Part shown: piece after piece, positions 30,230 through 40,241 of the stretch
How positions within the stretch are numbered: position 1 is the first letter of the stretch
Layout: every line of letters starts with the position of its first letter
Origin: an uncultured Erysipelotrichaceae bacterium
Lineage (GTDB): Bacteria; Bacillota_I; Bacilli_A; RF39; UBA660
Length of the DNA stretch: 64,000 nucleotides
Reading direction: 5' to 3'
NCBI GenBank assembly: GCA_948442015.1
Contig: CAOJRP010000005.1
Coordinates: 9 to 64,008, forward strand
Made by a program: the position numbers and the translations under genes
The notes under the pieces: generated by a model
The model's input: only the letters and a program-made list of their open reading frames with translations
Databases searched by the model: none
Told to the model about the DNA's origin: nothing

Positions 30230-31255
30230 TTATTTAGATTTTTTATCTATTAATACAAATAAAGTAATTAATAAACCACTAATAATAACAAATAGATAAA
30301 AACTTATTCCTCTTGATAAAAGCATTGCACTACTTAAAATATTTGCTGGAAAAAACATTTTAAACATTATCATAAATCCCCCTTCTGAAACACCCATAGA
30401 GCCAGGTAATGGGAGCGATGAAACAGATATATATAATACAGCTTCCATGAAGATAAAAGTTAAATAACTTACTTTATTTAAGCCAAAGGATAAATATACT
30501 AAATAAGGAATACTATGATACAAAACAAGTTGAAAAGTAGTAGTAAGAATTATTTTATAAATGACTAATTTATTACTCTTTAAATAGATTGCACACTTAT
30601 GATATTCTTCTATTTGGCTACTAAACTTATTTTTAAATTCATTAATCTTTTTATATTTAAACAACTTTAATATTTGACAAATAATTTTTAATAATTTATA
30701 AGCAAATACACGTGAAAAAAGCATTACTAGCAAAAATAATAAAATAATAATATTAATAATTAGCCCTAAAAATATTAAATATTTTACATTACCAATATTA
30801 TTCATTAATAAATCATAATTATAAATAAATCCTACAATAGCTATTGTGATAGATACTAATTGAAAACTTGATAATTCCACTAATAAAGCAAGGGCAGAAT
30901 GAGCTACTGGTAATTTATCTTTCGTCATAAAATAAAGTTGTGTTGGATCTCCTCCACTTGCTCCTGGTGTTATTGAACTAAAGAAAAAACCAACTAGCGC
31001 ATACTTAAAAGATTGTATAATACTTATTTTATAACCACAATTTTTTAATACTCTTCTAATATTTATGCCTTCACATAATATAAAGATAAACATAAAAATA
31101 ACAGCAAGAATAATATATAGCAAATTAACATTTTTGATAGTACTAATAATACTTTTTATATCATTGTCTTTAAAGATCATGTAAAAAGTTAAAATAACTA
31201 TTATAATAAAGAAAATAGCATTAAAAATATTTTTTACTAAACGTTTATTTTTCAT
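30230..31255 (-). CDS. Flippase-like membrane protein (lysyl-PG synthase TM-domain / UPF0104 family; HexF-like)
   Basis: Polytopic; ITPGASGGDPTQLYFM motif typical of the MprF-flippase-like family. Confidence 0.65.
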   Translation of the reverse strand: MKNKRLVKNIFNAIFFIIIVILTFYMIFKDNDIKSIISTIKNVNLLYIILAVIFMFIFILCEGINIRRVLKNCGYKISIIQSFKYALVGFFFSSITPGASGGDPTQLYFMTKDKLPVAHSALALLVELSSFQLVSITIAIVGFIYNYDLLMNNIGNVKYLIFLGLIINIIILLFLLVMLFSRVFAYKLLKIICQILKLFKYKKINEFKNKFSSQIEEYHKCAIYLKSNKLVIYKIILTTTFQLVLYHSIPYLVYLSFGLNKVSYLTFIFMEAVLYISVSSLPLPGSMGVSEGGFMIMFKMFFPANILSSAMLLSRGISFYLFVIISGLLITLFVLIDKKSK

Positions 31256-31934
31256 TATACTTATCCACTGTTTGAAAAACAAATCCTTTTCCTAATAATA
31301 TTGGTATTGCTTTATCTAATGCTTCAATAGTTATTAAAGGAGCATTATTTTTTCCTCTTCCATCATGTAAGCAAACAATATCTCCCCCTTTAATACGCTG
31401 TAATAATTTAACTTCTATATCAAAAGCAGTCGTATCTTTTTTCCAATCTTCCGCCATGACATGCCATAAAATTAACTTAAAATGATACTTTCTTATATTA
31501 AACAAACTTGCTAAATTTAAATCTCCCCATGGTGGACGAAAATATTTTATATTAAGGCCTAAATCTTTCATAATTTTTAAACTATTTTTAAAATCTTTAT
31601 TTGTTTTAAAAATATCCATCAAATAAGCGTTTTCATGTTTTAACGAATGTAAGCCGATTATATGACCATCTTTTTCTATTCTTTTTATAATATCTTTATT
31701 TTCTAAAGCAAAGGAAGCAACACAAAAAAAGCTAGCTTTTATATTATATTTCTTTAAAACATCTAATAATTTATTTGTATATTTACTACTTGGACCATCA
31801 TCAAAAGTTAAATAAATTATCTTATCATTCTCTTTTCTTTTTATTTTATACATTACTTTAAACCATAATGATGGAATAAGAGCATAAATCAAATATATTA
31901 AAATAATTACTAATAAAACTAAAAAATATTGCAT
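31245..31934 (-). CDS. Polysaccharide deacetylase (CE4 NodB domain; HexD-like)
   Basis: N-terminal TM, LTFDDGP motif, HSLKHE His pair. Confidence 0.8.
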   Translation of the reverse strand: MQYFLVLLVIILIYLIYALIPSLWFKVMYKIKRKENDKIIYLTFDDGPSSKYTNKLLDVLKKYNIKASFFCVASFALENKDIIKRIEKDGHIIGLHSLKHENAYLMDIFKTNKDFKNSLKIMKDLGLNIKYFRPPWGDLNLASLFNIRKYHFKLILWHVMAEDWKKDTTAFDIEVKLLQRIKGGDIVCLHDGRGKNNAPLITIEALDKAIPILLGKGFVFQTVDKYNEK

Positions 31935-32992
31935 TACAAGACCCTTTCTTTTTTTAAAGATGCATATGAAGTATTTTCTAAATCCATCTTTATTTTTTTC
32001 ATATTATTTATCATTTCTAACCTTTGCTCTTTATTTTCAATTAATCTTAAAATATCACTTGTAAGAGAATTATTTTTATCCCAAACTACTTTTCCAATAT
32101 TATTATTTTCTATAAATAAAGCATTGCCCATTTCTTGTTTTAAAAAAGGTTTAATTATAAATAAGGGAGTTTCTTCTTCAATCGCTTCAAACATGGTTAC
32201 TCCTCCAGCTTTAGTTACAATTAATGAAGCTTCTTTCATGTATTTATAAACTTCATCAGTAAAGCCTATGACATTTATATTTTTATATTTTTTAGAAATC
32301 TTAGCATACAATTTTTGGTTATTACCCACAATTACATTTATTGTAAAACTTTTATTACTATCTAAAGCATTTAAAAAATCATCTATCGTAGGAATAAGTC
32401 CTAAACCTCCACCCATTATTAAAATATTCTTTTTTGTTTTTAAATCCTTTTTACAATTAAATTTCCTTTTAACAGGTATTCCAGATACAATAATTTTTTC
32501 TTTAGAAATACCCATATTTATTAAATTACCTTTTGTTTTTTCACTTGCTACAAAGTATAAATTAGTTTCATTACTAACCCATTCTTTGCAAACATCAATG
32601 TCAGTTATACAAGTATTTAAGATAATTTTAGATTTTTTTAATGTCTTGTAAGCGGAGATATATTGCGAGCAGATGGGAAATACAGAAATACACATATCAA
32701 CATTATTGTCATTTAATAATTTATCTATTTTTCTTACAATAAAACTTTTTAATGGTGCTTTACTATTTTTAGAAGCTATTTTATTTAAAAAATTATATAA
32801 GGTACAACATTTATTAACTAAGAAATTAAAGATTCCATAAATTATCTTGCTAGTTTTAGGAAATAAATATTCTATAAAGTCGATTACTTCGACATTGTAA
32901 TCAGAGTTTTCTAATAATATTTTTTCTTTTATAGAATAAGCAGCACTAGTATGACCATAACCAAATTTAGCAGTAAGTATTAAAATTTTCAT
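31934..32992 (-). CDS. GT28 MGDG-synthase/UgtP-family glycosyltransferase (HexS-like)
   Basis: MKILILTAKFGYGHTSAA start; C-terminal LIVTKAGGVTMFEA nucleotide-sugar-binding segment. Confidence 0.75.
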   Translation of the reverse strand: MKILILTAKFGYGHTSAAYSIKEKILLENSDYNVEVIDFIEYLFPKTSKIIYGIFNFLVNKCCTLYNFLNKIASKNSKAPLKSFIVRKIDKLLNDNNVDMCISVFPICSQYISAYKTLKKSKIILNTCITDIDVCKEWVSNETNLYFVASEKTKGNLINMGISKEKIIVSGIPVKRKFNCKKDLKTKKNILIMGGGLGLIPTIDDFLNALDSNKSFTINVIVGNNQKLYAKISKKYKNINVIGFTDEVYKYMKEASLIVTKAGGVTMFEAIEEETPLFIIKPFLKQEMGNALFIENNNIGKVVWDKNNSLTSDILRLIENKEQRLEMINNMKKIKMDLENTSYASLKKERVL

Positions 32993-33191
32993 AACATCAC
33001 CTCAACAACAATTTACTACGAACTCGAGTTGCATTCTATAGAATTTAACTTACATCTTGTATATTTTAAGTAGCATTTCCAAAAATTTATTTAAATAAGC
33101 TCTTATTTAAGATTTTATTATCGCAAAGTGACAAGTAACTTACAAAAATAAATTATTTAGAATTTTCTATTATTATTTTAAAATATAGATA

Positions 33192-33231
33192 TTAAGAATT
33201 TAGTTAAGAAAATATTAAGATTTTGTTAAGA
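33192..33231. promoter_or_regulatory. Four helically phased TTAAGA hexamers upstream of the glycolipid operon; candidate response-regulator binding array
   Basis: TTAAGA at 33192, 33204, 33215 and 33226 (spacing 12/11/11 nt), 200-240 nt upstream of ATG 32992. Confidence 0.3.
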
Positions 33232-33316
33232 TCTATTGATACTAATTACTTTATTATTTCAAACAAAAAAAAACTAAGTAATAGTTTTTCAATAATTCTT
33301 AATTTTTAAAGTATAT

Positions 33317-34142
33317 TTAGTTTATTTCTAATATTTCTTTTATTTTCGAAATATCCAACTGGGCTATACTAGCTATATCTTCTAGACTGATTTTTTTAGT
33401 ATACATAGCTTTAACATAGCATTTTTTCTTGCTCAATTCCTTGTTTAAGACCTCGTTCAAGACCTCTATCAAAAGCTCTTTCTTCCCAGACATATTGTAA
33501 CTCTTCTCTTGCAGCTAACTCTCGATCATAATTAAACTTTAAATCATCATCGTTATTTGAAAGAGAAGTAGCATCACTTACATATTCTTTCACTATGTCC
33601 ATCATTAATGAATCTAATTTTTCATTATCTTCTTCAATTTGAGCATAGATGAATTTCTCTATCTCATCTAACCCTTCGATACCTAGATTATAGCATTTTT
33701 TTCGTAAATTGGGAATATAGATATTAATTATAATTATCGCATCAGTTAACACTGTACCATCTCTATCTTTTAAATAATAAACATAATAAGTGTCATCTTT
33801 ACCAACAAATGCGAAATTATTAAAATTAATTAAGATACTTTGACGATACTTATGATAACTCTTACTATCTTTAACTAAAGCATTAAATTGTTTATTGATA
33901 TAGTCCATGTTACGATGAAGGACATCAATACTAGAATTGTTATTCATCTCAATAGTAACTAAAGTATCATCAAAATTACAAACAAAGTCACATTTTCCTG
34001 AAACAATCTTTTCTTTATTTTTAGGAACATCATTACTAATTATTTGCATATCTTTAAGCAATTTGTTATTATCTAATAGTTTAGATAAGATAAAAGAAAC
34101 ATACTTTTTACCATTAGGATAATTAAACATTGTGTGAAACAT
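33317..34142 (-). pseudogene. Rpn-family (PD-(D/E)XK) recombination-promoting nuclease / putative transposase, frameshifted in an A6 run near the 3' end
   Basis: The N-terminal nuclease-like region and the ERGLERGLKQGIEQEK repeat tail are typical of the Rpn/YhgA family. After A6 (33422-33427) the C-terminal segment YVKAMYTKKISLEDIASIAQLDISKIKEILEIN* continues in another frame. Confidence 0.6.
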
Positions 34143-34378
34143 GACAGCATTAACAACTTTTAAAGAAGGAAATTCTTTTCTTTTGGGTATTATTTACCCC
34201 CCCATTTCTTTGTATATTAAAAGAACATCAATCCTGTCCTTTCACTATATATATTCTAGCTTTTTTCTCTATTTTCTCTTTTTTTCGTTAAATTTCTTTA
34301 ATTTTTTACTAATCTTTTCAATAATTAGATTAATGCATACAAAAAGCCACTATTGCAATGACTTAAAGTTATAATTTT

Positions 34379-36163
34379 TTATAATCCACCACCTGTTCCA
34401 AAGGAATCTAACTCATCTTGTGTACAAATAACATTCATTCGCATTCTTCTGCTACCACAGACAAATAACGCTTCTCCTTGATTAAAGTATTTAATACTGT
34501 CCATTTCACTTTCATTTAAGTCAATTAACAAAGCTAAATCATCTACTGCTTGTTTTTTAAGACCCATTATTAAATAATATGAGGCATTATCAAATATGGC
34601 TTTCCCATGCATTATTAAGTTAGGTGCCGCAAAGTCCGTTGGCTGCTGAGTAATAATTATCGTTCCAGCATTATACTTACGACTTCTTCTTTGAATTTGA
34701 GCTAGGAACTCCGCACCTAATTCATTTCTCGTCGATAATAAAACATGGGCTTCATCAACAGATAATACTGATGTTTTTTCTCTATCTAAGCATAATCCCC
34801 AAGCATATTTTAGGATATTAAAGAACAAAGCATTACGGATATTTTCATCAGAGTTCATTAACTCTTTAATATTAAAGACAATTATATCACTATCAATATT
34901 TAAAGTCGTATGTCCTGTAAAATAGTATCTTAATTCTTTAATTAAAGGTCTTACACGTAGTTCAAGTCGCTCCATTACATCTCTCTCTTGCGTCTTATCA
35001 GGCATTGATAAAAGACGTCCTTTAATCGTGGCATAAACATCATCAAATGTTGGATAATCCTCTGATGTAAACTTTGAAAAATCGGTATCAAAATCGATTT
35101 TAAATCTCTTATAAGTATCTTGCAAAACATCACTAAACATCGTTAAGACATCATCTTCAATGGAAGGAGTATAATACTTCATAAATGCTTTAACTGATTG
35201 GAGCGTTCTTGTTAAAATGGTGTACCCAAGACCAGATTCAGCATCTTCTTCATCACTATCTAAAACAACTTCTAAAGGATTTATCATCCCAAACTGGCCA
35301 CCTTTTCCTAAATCTAGGAAACTACCATTTAGAGCACGGCATAAGTCTTCCAACTCACCTTCTGGATCGATACAAACAACTTTATAACCATTTCTAATAT
35401 GTCCTCTAATTAATAGTTTGGCAGCTGTTGATTTACCACTTCCTGACGTACCTAAGATAATCATGTTGGCATTATTACGATTATGTTCTTTCTTAATTTT
35501 AAAGAAGAATTGATTAAATAGGACAACACCACCCGAGAAATCAACACCAAGAAGTGATGCATTTTCAGGATCCTTAATACTATCAAAAACAAAGGGATAC
35601 ATTGCTGCAATTGTAACACTTGGAATTGGCGTTCCAATTCTTGATTCAATATCTTGTTTTGGAAAAATTGGAATAATTGATTTAAGAACTTTTTCTTGTT
35701 CAAACATAAGTGGCACAGCACGCATTCCCAAGGCATCGATGAAACTACGTACTTGCATCTTCTTTAGTTCTAGTTCTTCTTTATTGTCAGCCGTAATCAT
35801 AATATGCATTTGAAAATCATAGATTCTTGCTTGCGTACTTGCAAGCATTGAAATAAATTGTTCTAATGACTCATAATCTTGTCTAATTCGTTCTTGAATC
35901 GTTTTATCATTTTCCGATTGATAACGCATTTTTAAATCGGCTATCTCTTTATTAAGCATTCTTTGTAAAGTGGAAAACTCAATTGGGATATGTTTCGCAA
36001 CAATCTTTATTCCAGATAAATTAGTAATATTTGATAAATAACCATTAGCAATGTATTTAGGGTAACTAATAACTGTAAGAATTGTAGCATACTTACCACT
36101 AATTACAAATTCTGTTGGTTTAAATTGGATTCCCTTAGGGGCTAATTCACTTTTTATGTTCAT
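34379..36163 (-). CDS. VirB4/TraE-type conjugative T4SS ATPase, C-terminal 594-aa part (linker plus ATPase domain)
   Basis: Walker A ILGTSGSGKST, Walker B VLSVDEAHVLL, IIITQQPTDF. The overall order matches Firmicute VirB4 (CD1110-like family). Confidence 0.85.
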   Translation of the reverse strand: MNIKSELAPKGIQFKPTEFVISGKYATILTVISYPKYIANGYLSNITNLSGIKIVAKHIPIEFSTLQRMLNKEIADLKMRYQSENDKTIQERIRQDYESLEQFISMLASTQARIYDFQMHIMITADNKEELELKKMQVRSFIDALGMRAVPLMFEQEKVLKSIIPIFPKQDIESRIGTPIPSVTIAAMYPFVFDSIKDPENASLLGVDFSGGVVLFNQFFFKIKKEHNRNNANMIILGTSGSGKSTAAKLLIRGHIRNGYKVVCIDPEGELEDLCRALNGSFLDLGKGGQFGMINPLEVVLDSDEEDAESGLGYTILTRTLQSVKAFMKYYTPSIEDDVLTMFSDVLQDTYKRFKIDFDTDFSKFTSEDYPTFDDVYATIKGRLLSMPDKTQERDVMERLELRVRPLIKELRYYFTGHTTLNIDSDIIVFNIKELMNSDENIRNALFFNILKYAWGLCLDREKTSVLSVDEAHVLLSTRNELGAEFLAQIQRRSRKYNAGTIIITQQPTDFAAPNLIMHGKAIFDNASYYLIMGLKKQAVDDLALLIDLNESEMDSIKYFNQGEALFVCGSRRMRMNVICTQDELDSFGTGGGL

Positions 36164-36735
36164 AAAGGCATCACCGTCCCAAAATTAGTTGTTGTTCCCC
36201 CATTTAAGAAATTATCTAAAATCATTCTGATATCAGAATTAGATACTTGAGTAGCATTAATTCCACAATTAGCTAAAGCTGCTATTAAGTTATGAATTCT
36301 TTTTTGAATAATTTCCATTTTCTTTTCTTTAAAAAGAATAAAGTATTCGGTATCAACAACGTTATATTCAGCACCCATAAACATATTGGCTTTATCGATA
36401 TCTTGGACAATTATCTTTCTTATTGCGCCATTAGGAGTTTTCGAATATTGAAGTTGTAAGTTAGCTAAATAAACATTAATATCAACTGGCCTATCAGCAA
36501 CTACTAACCAAAATTCGTAATCAATCATATTGTAAAAGTTTCTTAAATTGAAGATAACATTTTCTTGTGTACCTTGATCCATAATGAAAATATTTTTAGG
36601 TTCAACTTTAACACCTGTTACATAGTAACCATTATCTAATTGCACCATTCCATTCATGATTGATTTAATTGGAACCCAATCTTCTGTATACTTACTATCA
36701 TAAGTAACTGCTTTTTTACTTTCTGTCTTCGCCAC
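36160..36735 (-). CDS. VirB4 N-terminal domain encoded as a separate 191-aa protein
   Basis: WVPIKSIMNGMVQLDNGYYVTGVKVEPKNIF......E..I..F..F matches the N-terminal pattern of full-length Firmicute VirB4. The 4-nt ATGA overlap with the ATPase ORF is read directly. 191+594 aa approximates the usual ~780-830 aa. Confidence 0.5.
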   Translation of the reverse strand: MAKTESKKAVTYDSKYTEDWVPIKSIMNGMVQLDNGYYVTGVKVEPKNIFIMDQGTQENVIFNLRNFYNMIDYEFWLVVADRPVDINVYLANLQLQYSKTPNGAIRKIIVQDIDKANMFMGAEYNVVDTEYFILFKEKKMEIIQKRIHNLIAALANCGINATQVSNSDIRMILDNFLNGGTTTNFGTVMPL

Positions 36736-37036
36736 TTGTTACACACCAACCTCTCCAATAGTATTTTTTTCTTCCTGTGTAGAACTTCCAAATATTACTT
36801 AATAATGTCATGACATTGTGATAATTAGGTACTGGCATTACAAGAAATCCTGTTATTATTGCTGGGCTTAATATTAATAACATTTCGGCTATTTTATTTG
36901 TTTTTAAGAAAAATAATCCTACTCCTGTAAATAAAATACCTATTCCAAACACAGCCAAATCAAAACCTGTAAAGTACCCAAATATTAATTGGGACTTCTT
37001 CGAGTTGGCTGGTATTAAGTATCTATTCTCTTCCAT
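36716..37036 (-). CDS. PrgI/VirB3-like small membrane protein
   Basis: 106 aa; LIFGYFTGFDLAVFGIGILFTGVGLFF plus a second TM; position immediately upstream of VirB4. Confidence 0.55.
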   Translation of the reverse strand: MEENRYLIPANSKKSQLIFGYFTGFDLAVFGIGILFTGVGLFFLKTNKIAEMLLILSPAIITGFLVMPVPNYHNVMTLLSNIWKFYTGRKKYYWRGWCVTSGEDRK

Positions 37037-37053
37037 TATAACTCCTCCTTATT

Positions 37054-39708
37054 CTATTTTTTCTTGTCTTTACTACTATCTTCTTTCTTCTTGATATCTC
37101 TTAATGTTGCTGTCATAGCATTTAGTAATTGTTCAAATCCACCATCAATGTCTTTCGTAAGCATTTCCTTAGTATTTTTATTTTCATCGAGATCATTCTC
37201 AACTTTACCTGTTTTTATATCTCCTTTTTTAGCTCTTAATCGATCAAACATTGAAGAGTCTCTCTTTTCATTTAAGTAATCTTTGGCACTATATAAAGCT
37301 TCCAACTCTTTAGCAATACCACCTTTAAAACCTTCTCCAGCTTCTTTTAGTTCTTTTTCTTTATCAGCAATATAAGTATCTAAATACCTATTTAAGACAC
37401 TACTATTACTCTTTAATAAGTCTTCTCTGTCATCTAATGCCTCTGTTACTTTACCAATACGACCATTTTGTTTATCTTGATCTAATAAATCTTGAAGATT
37501 TGTAATATAACCATTTTCATCAAACTTTAATTCACTATCTTTAAATTTAACAGCATAATCTTTTTTACCAGTCATATGGAATTTTAGTTGCGAATCAGTA
37601 ACAGCTTTTTTAGCATCTTCAAATTCTCTTTTAGCTTTGGTAGCTTCCTCATCAACTTTTTGTTGCTCTATATTTTTAGCTGATGCATAAGCAGCTTTCG
37701 CTTGGTCAACATTATCTTGATAAGCTTTTTCATTTTCAGCACTATATTGGTTTTCTAAATTATTTTTTTTATTTGTTGCTTGAATCATTGCTTGTTCATC
37801 AGTTATCCCAGGATTAGATCTTTTAATCGCTACTGCCTCACTATTAATATCGAAACCACCTAATTTTTCTGCTTTTTCTTGTTGAAATGCTTGTAAATTC
37901 TTTTCAGCATTATCAATGTTTTGTTGTAATCTCACACCATTAAATGTTTTACCAAATGTTTCATTAAAATTCTTTTGTGTTTCTTCTGCATTACTCATTT
38001 TATCTTTATAGTATTGGAGTGTTCGATAACCAGTTCCATCATTATACACATAACCTGCCATATTAGTACCTTTTTCCATATCTGATGAAATTTCATCTTT
38101 GGCAGCTTTTCCTTTACTATTAATTTTATCAACAACATCTCTTTTTTGCTGTAAGGCTTCGGAAGTTTGTCCTGTCATAAATCTTACAGCAGAATCTTTA
38201 GCATCACTTAGATGTCCAACACCAACAGCAACGGCATTTCTCATACCTTCTGTTCCAATATTATGTTCTTTCATAGCTCCTGACAATTTATCTGCGCCAG
38301 CTTGATGTTCTTGAGCATAAGTTTCACGTTCATCTCTTTTAGATATTGCCGACGCAATTCCTTTAGATGAGGCTTGAGCCATATCAGAGAAAGTCTTAGC
38401 TGATCTTGCATTATATCCTGCTCGAAGTCCAGCCGATATTGCTCCAGCCCCAGTTGAACCAATACCACCAACTACTGATCCACCAATAGCTTTGGTTTTC
38501 CCCCAAACTCCACTAGCTCCTCCAAAATTACTACGACCTCTTTGGATAGCATTATAGCCATTTCGCATTGCTGTTGTTAATCCAGCACCAGCTGCAGCTG
38601 CTGCCACAAAACCTCCACCTTCTTGCATTCTCTTAGCAAGAGAAAGTCCCATATTACCAGATTTAATACCAAAGATATCTCCAATCATTTTAGGTGCTTG
38701 TCTTGCAAATGCAATAACCCCCATAATTAATAAAGCAGTAGCTAAAGCTTCAATAGGACCATTTAACTCAGTTGTACTTTGAGCAACTGTTTTAATAACC
38801 TCAGGTATTTTTCCTACTAAAACGGCAATTAAATAAACGACAAAAACCCTTATAAACACTTCAAAGAATACAGCAAGAGTTGTTTTGAGCCATTTATTAA
38901 ATATATCATTTTTCTTTGGAAGTATTCGCATGACAATTGGTAAAGGAGCAATTATTTGTAAAGCCGCTAATTTGACTGATCTTATTCCCAGATCAAAAAC
39001 GAAACATAATAAGACGTAAACACAAAATCCACCTGCAATAGTTGACACTATAAAAAAGTACTTCAACTGATCCTTAGCAACTGGTTCAGAGAATTTGGCA
39101 ATATGAAAGAAAGATAGCTGTTTATCAACTATTAATTCCATTGCTTCTTTTACTGTATGACCATCTTCATCCGTAATTTCTCCTACAGTTTGTTCTTCAC
39201 CCTCTTTAGGAGTATAATCTTCATTAGGATATAAAAACGCTAAAAAAACTTGGGTTGCAATGTTTCGACCACCCTTTACAATCGAATCATTATTATCACT
39301 GGTACTATCAGTTCCTACAACTATTCTTCCAATCAAATCATTATCTAGAATGACTCCTTGTAATTGATATAAAATATTAAAAGCAGTTGGCAAAAAAACG
39401 GTCATTAGTAAAGAAGTTATAATATTAGTTATAATCTTTCTTGGAGCCATATCCCCTTTGTTCATTTCTTCAGGATTAACAATTACTTTAAGAAGAGAAT
39501 AAACAATAAAGAACATCATTAAAACGCCAATCAAAATATAAACACGCTTCAAAATATCTCCAAATAATTTTTGATCAAAAATTTGAGCTTTAGCTAATAC
39601 TAAAAAAACTTGATAACAAACGTCAATTAAATAATAAACAATAGCATCAATTGTCAAAAAAATATTAAAAAAGAAATTTTGTATTGCATTAACAATATCT
39701 TCTATCAT
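37054..39708 (-). CDS. VirB6-like polytopic channel protein (TcpH/ConG/PrgH-type) with a Gly/Ala-rich region and a long coiled-coil C-terminal half
   Basis: Multiple TM segments over the first ~340 aa; GGGFVAAAAAGAGLTTA region; K/E/Q/A-rich C-terminal ~440 aa; gene order VirB6-VirB3-VirB4. Confidence 0.6.
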   Translation of the reverse strand: MIEDIVNAIQNFFFNIFLTIDAIVYYLIDVCYQVFLVLAKAQIFDQKLFGDILKRVYILIGVLMMFFIVYSLLKVIVNPEEMNKGDMAPRKIITNIITSLLMTVFLPTAFNILYQLQGVILDNDLIGRIVVGTDSTSDNNDSIVKGGRNIATQVFLAFLYPNEDYTPKEGEEQTVGEITDEDGHTVKEAMELIVDKQLSFFHIAKFSEPVAKDQLKYFFIVSTIAGGFCVYVLLCFVFDLGIRSVKLAALQIIAPLPIVMRILPKKNDIFNKWLKTTLAVFFEVFIRVFVVYLIAVLVGKIPEVIKTVAQSTTELNGPIEALATALLIMGVIAFARQAPKMIGDIFGIKSGNMGLSLAKRMQEGGGFVAAAAAGAGLTTAMRNGYNAIQRGRSNFGGASGVWGKTKAIGGSVVGGIGSTGAGAISAGLRAGYNARSAKTFSDMAQASSKGIASAISKRDERETYAQEHQAGADKLSGAMKEHNIGTEGMRNAVAVGVGHLSDAKDSAVRFMTGQTSEALQQKRDVVDKINSKGKAAKDEISSDMEKGTNMAGYVYNDGTGYRTLQYYKDKMSNAEETQKNFNETFGKTFNGVRLQQNIDNAEKNLQAFQQEKAEKLGGFDINSEAVAIKRSNPGITDEQAMIQATNKKNNLENQYSAENEKAYQDNVDQAKAAYASAKNIEQQKVDEEATKAKREFEDAKKAVTDSQLKFHMTGKKDYAVKFKDSELKFDENGYITNLQDLLDQDKQNGRIGKVTEALDDREDLLKSNSSVLNRYLDTYIADKEKELKEAGEGFKGGIAKELEALYSAKDYLNEKRDSSMFDRLRAKKGDIKTGKVENDLDENKNTKEMLTKDIDGGFEQLLNAMTATLRDIKKKEDSSKDKKK

Positions 39709-39725
39709 TAGCTATCACTTCCTTT

Positions 39726-40166
39726 TTATTGTATACCACAGGTACTATACATTCCCGTTAATTCAAAGAAAAAATTACACAAAACTGGGATGACAAAAAC
39801 AATTAAACCAACAATACCTCTTATAAAAGTATTTTTAACTGCTTTTGTTAATCGATCTTTATCTTGAGAGGTAACAGCTCCCATAAAGTCAAGCAGGGAA
39901 AATACCAAAACTAAAACTGGGGCCCCAATTTTTAATATATCAAATATTTCTTGTAATAAATAGGCAACAGATTCTTCATCATTTTTATCGCCCAAAACTC
40001 CTTCACAAGTAGCAGGAACTTCTGATTTTTCTTCTTCTCCTTCAACTAAAATTTTTCGAACAGAAAAAGAATTTTCTCCACTTGAAAGAGGTTTAGCACT
40101 AACTACACCAAAGAAGGCAAAAAAAACAAAAATTAATAAACCTGTATATGTCAAATATTTAATCAT
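39726..40166 (-). CDS. VirB2/TrbC/Maff2-like small two-TM pilin-like protein with a signal peptide
   Basis: Signal peptide ...GVVSA/KP, then two hydrophobic helices separated by GAVTSQDKDRLTKAVKNTF. Paralogous to the 40242-40607 product. Confidence 0.4.
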   Translation of the reverse strand: MIKYLTYTGLLIFVFFAFFGVVSAKPLSSGENSFSVRKILVEGEEEKSEVPATCEGVLGDKNDEESVAYLLQEIFDILKIGAPVLVLVFSLLDFMGAVTSQDKDRLTKAVKNTFIRGIVGLIVFVIPVLCNFFFELTGMYSTCGIQ

Positions 40167-40241
40167 TTTTTACACCTCATATAAGAAAATTATACCATAA
40201 AAAAAACAATATTCAAAGAAATATCGTTTTTAAGTAAGACT

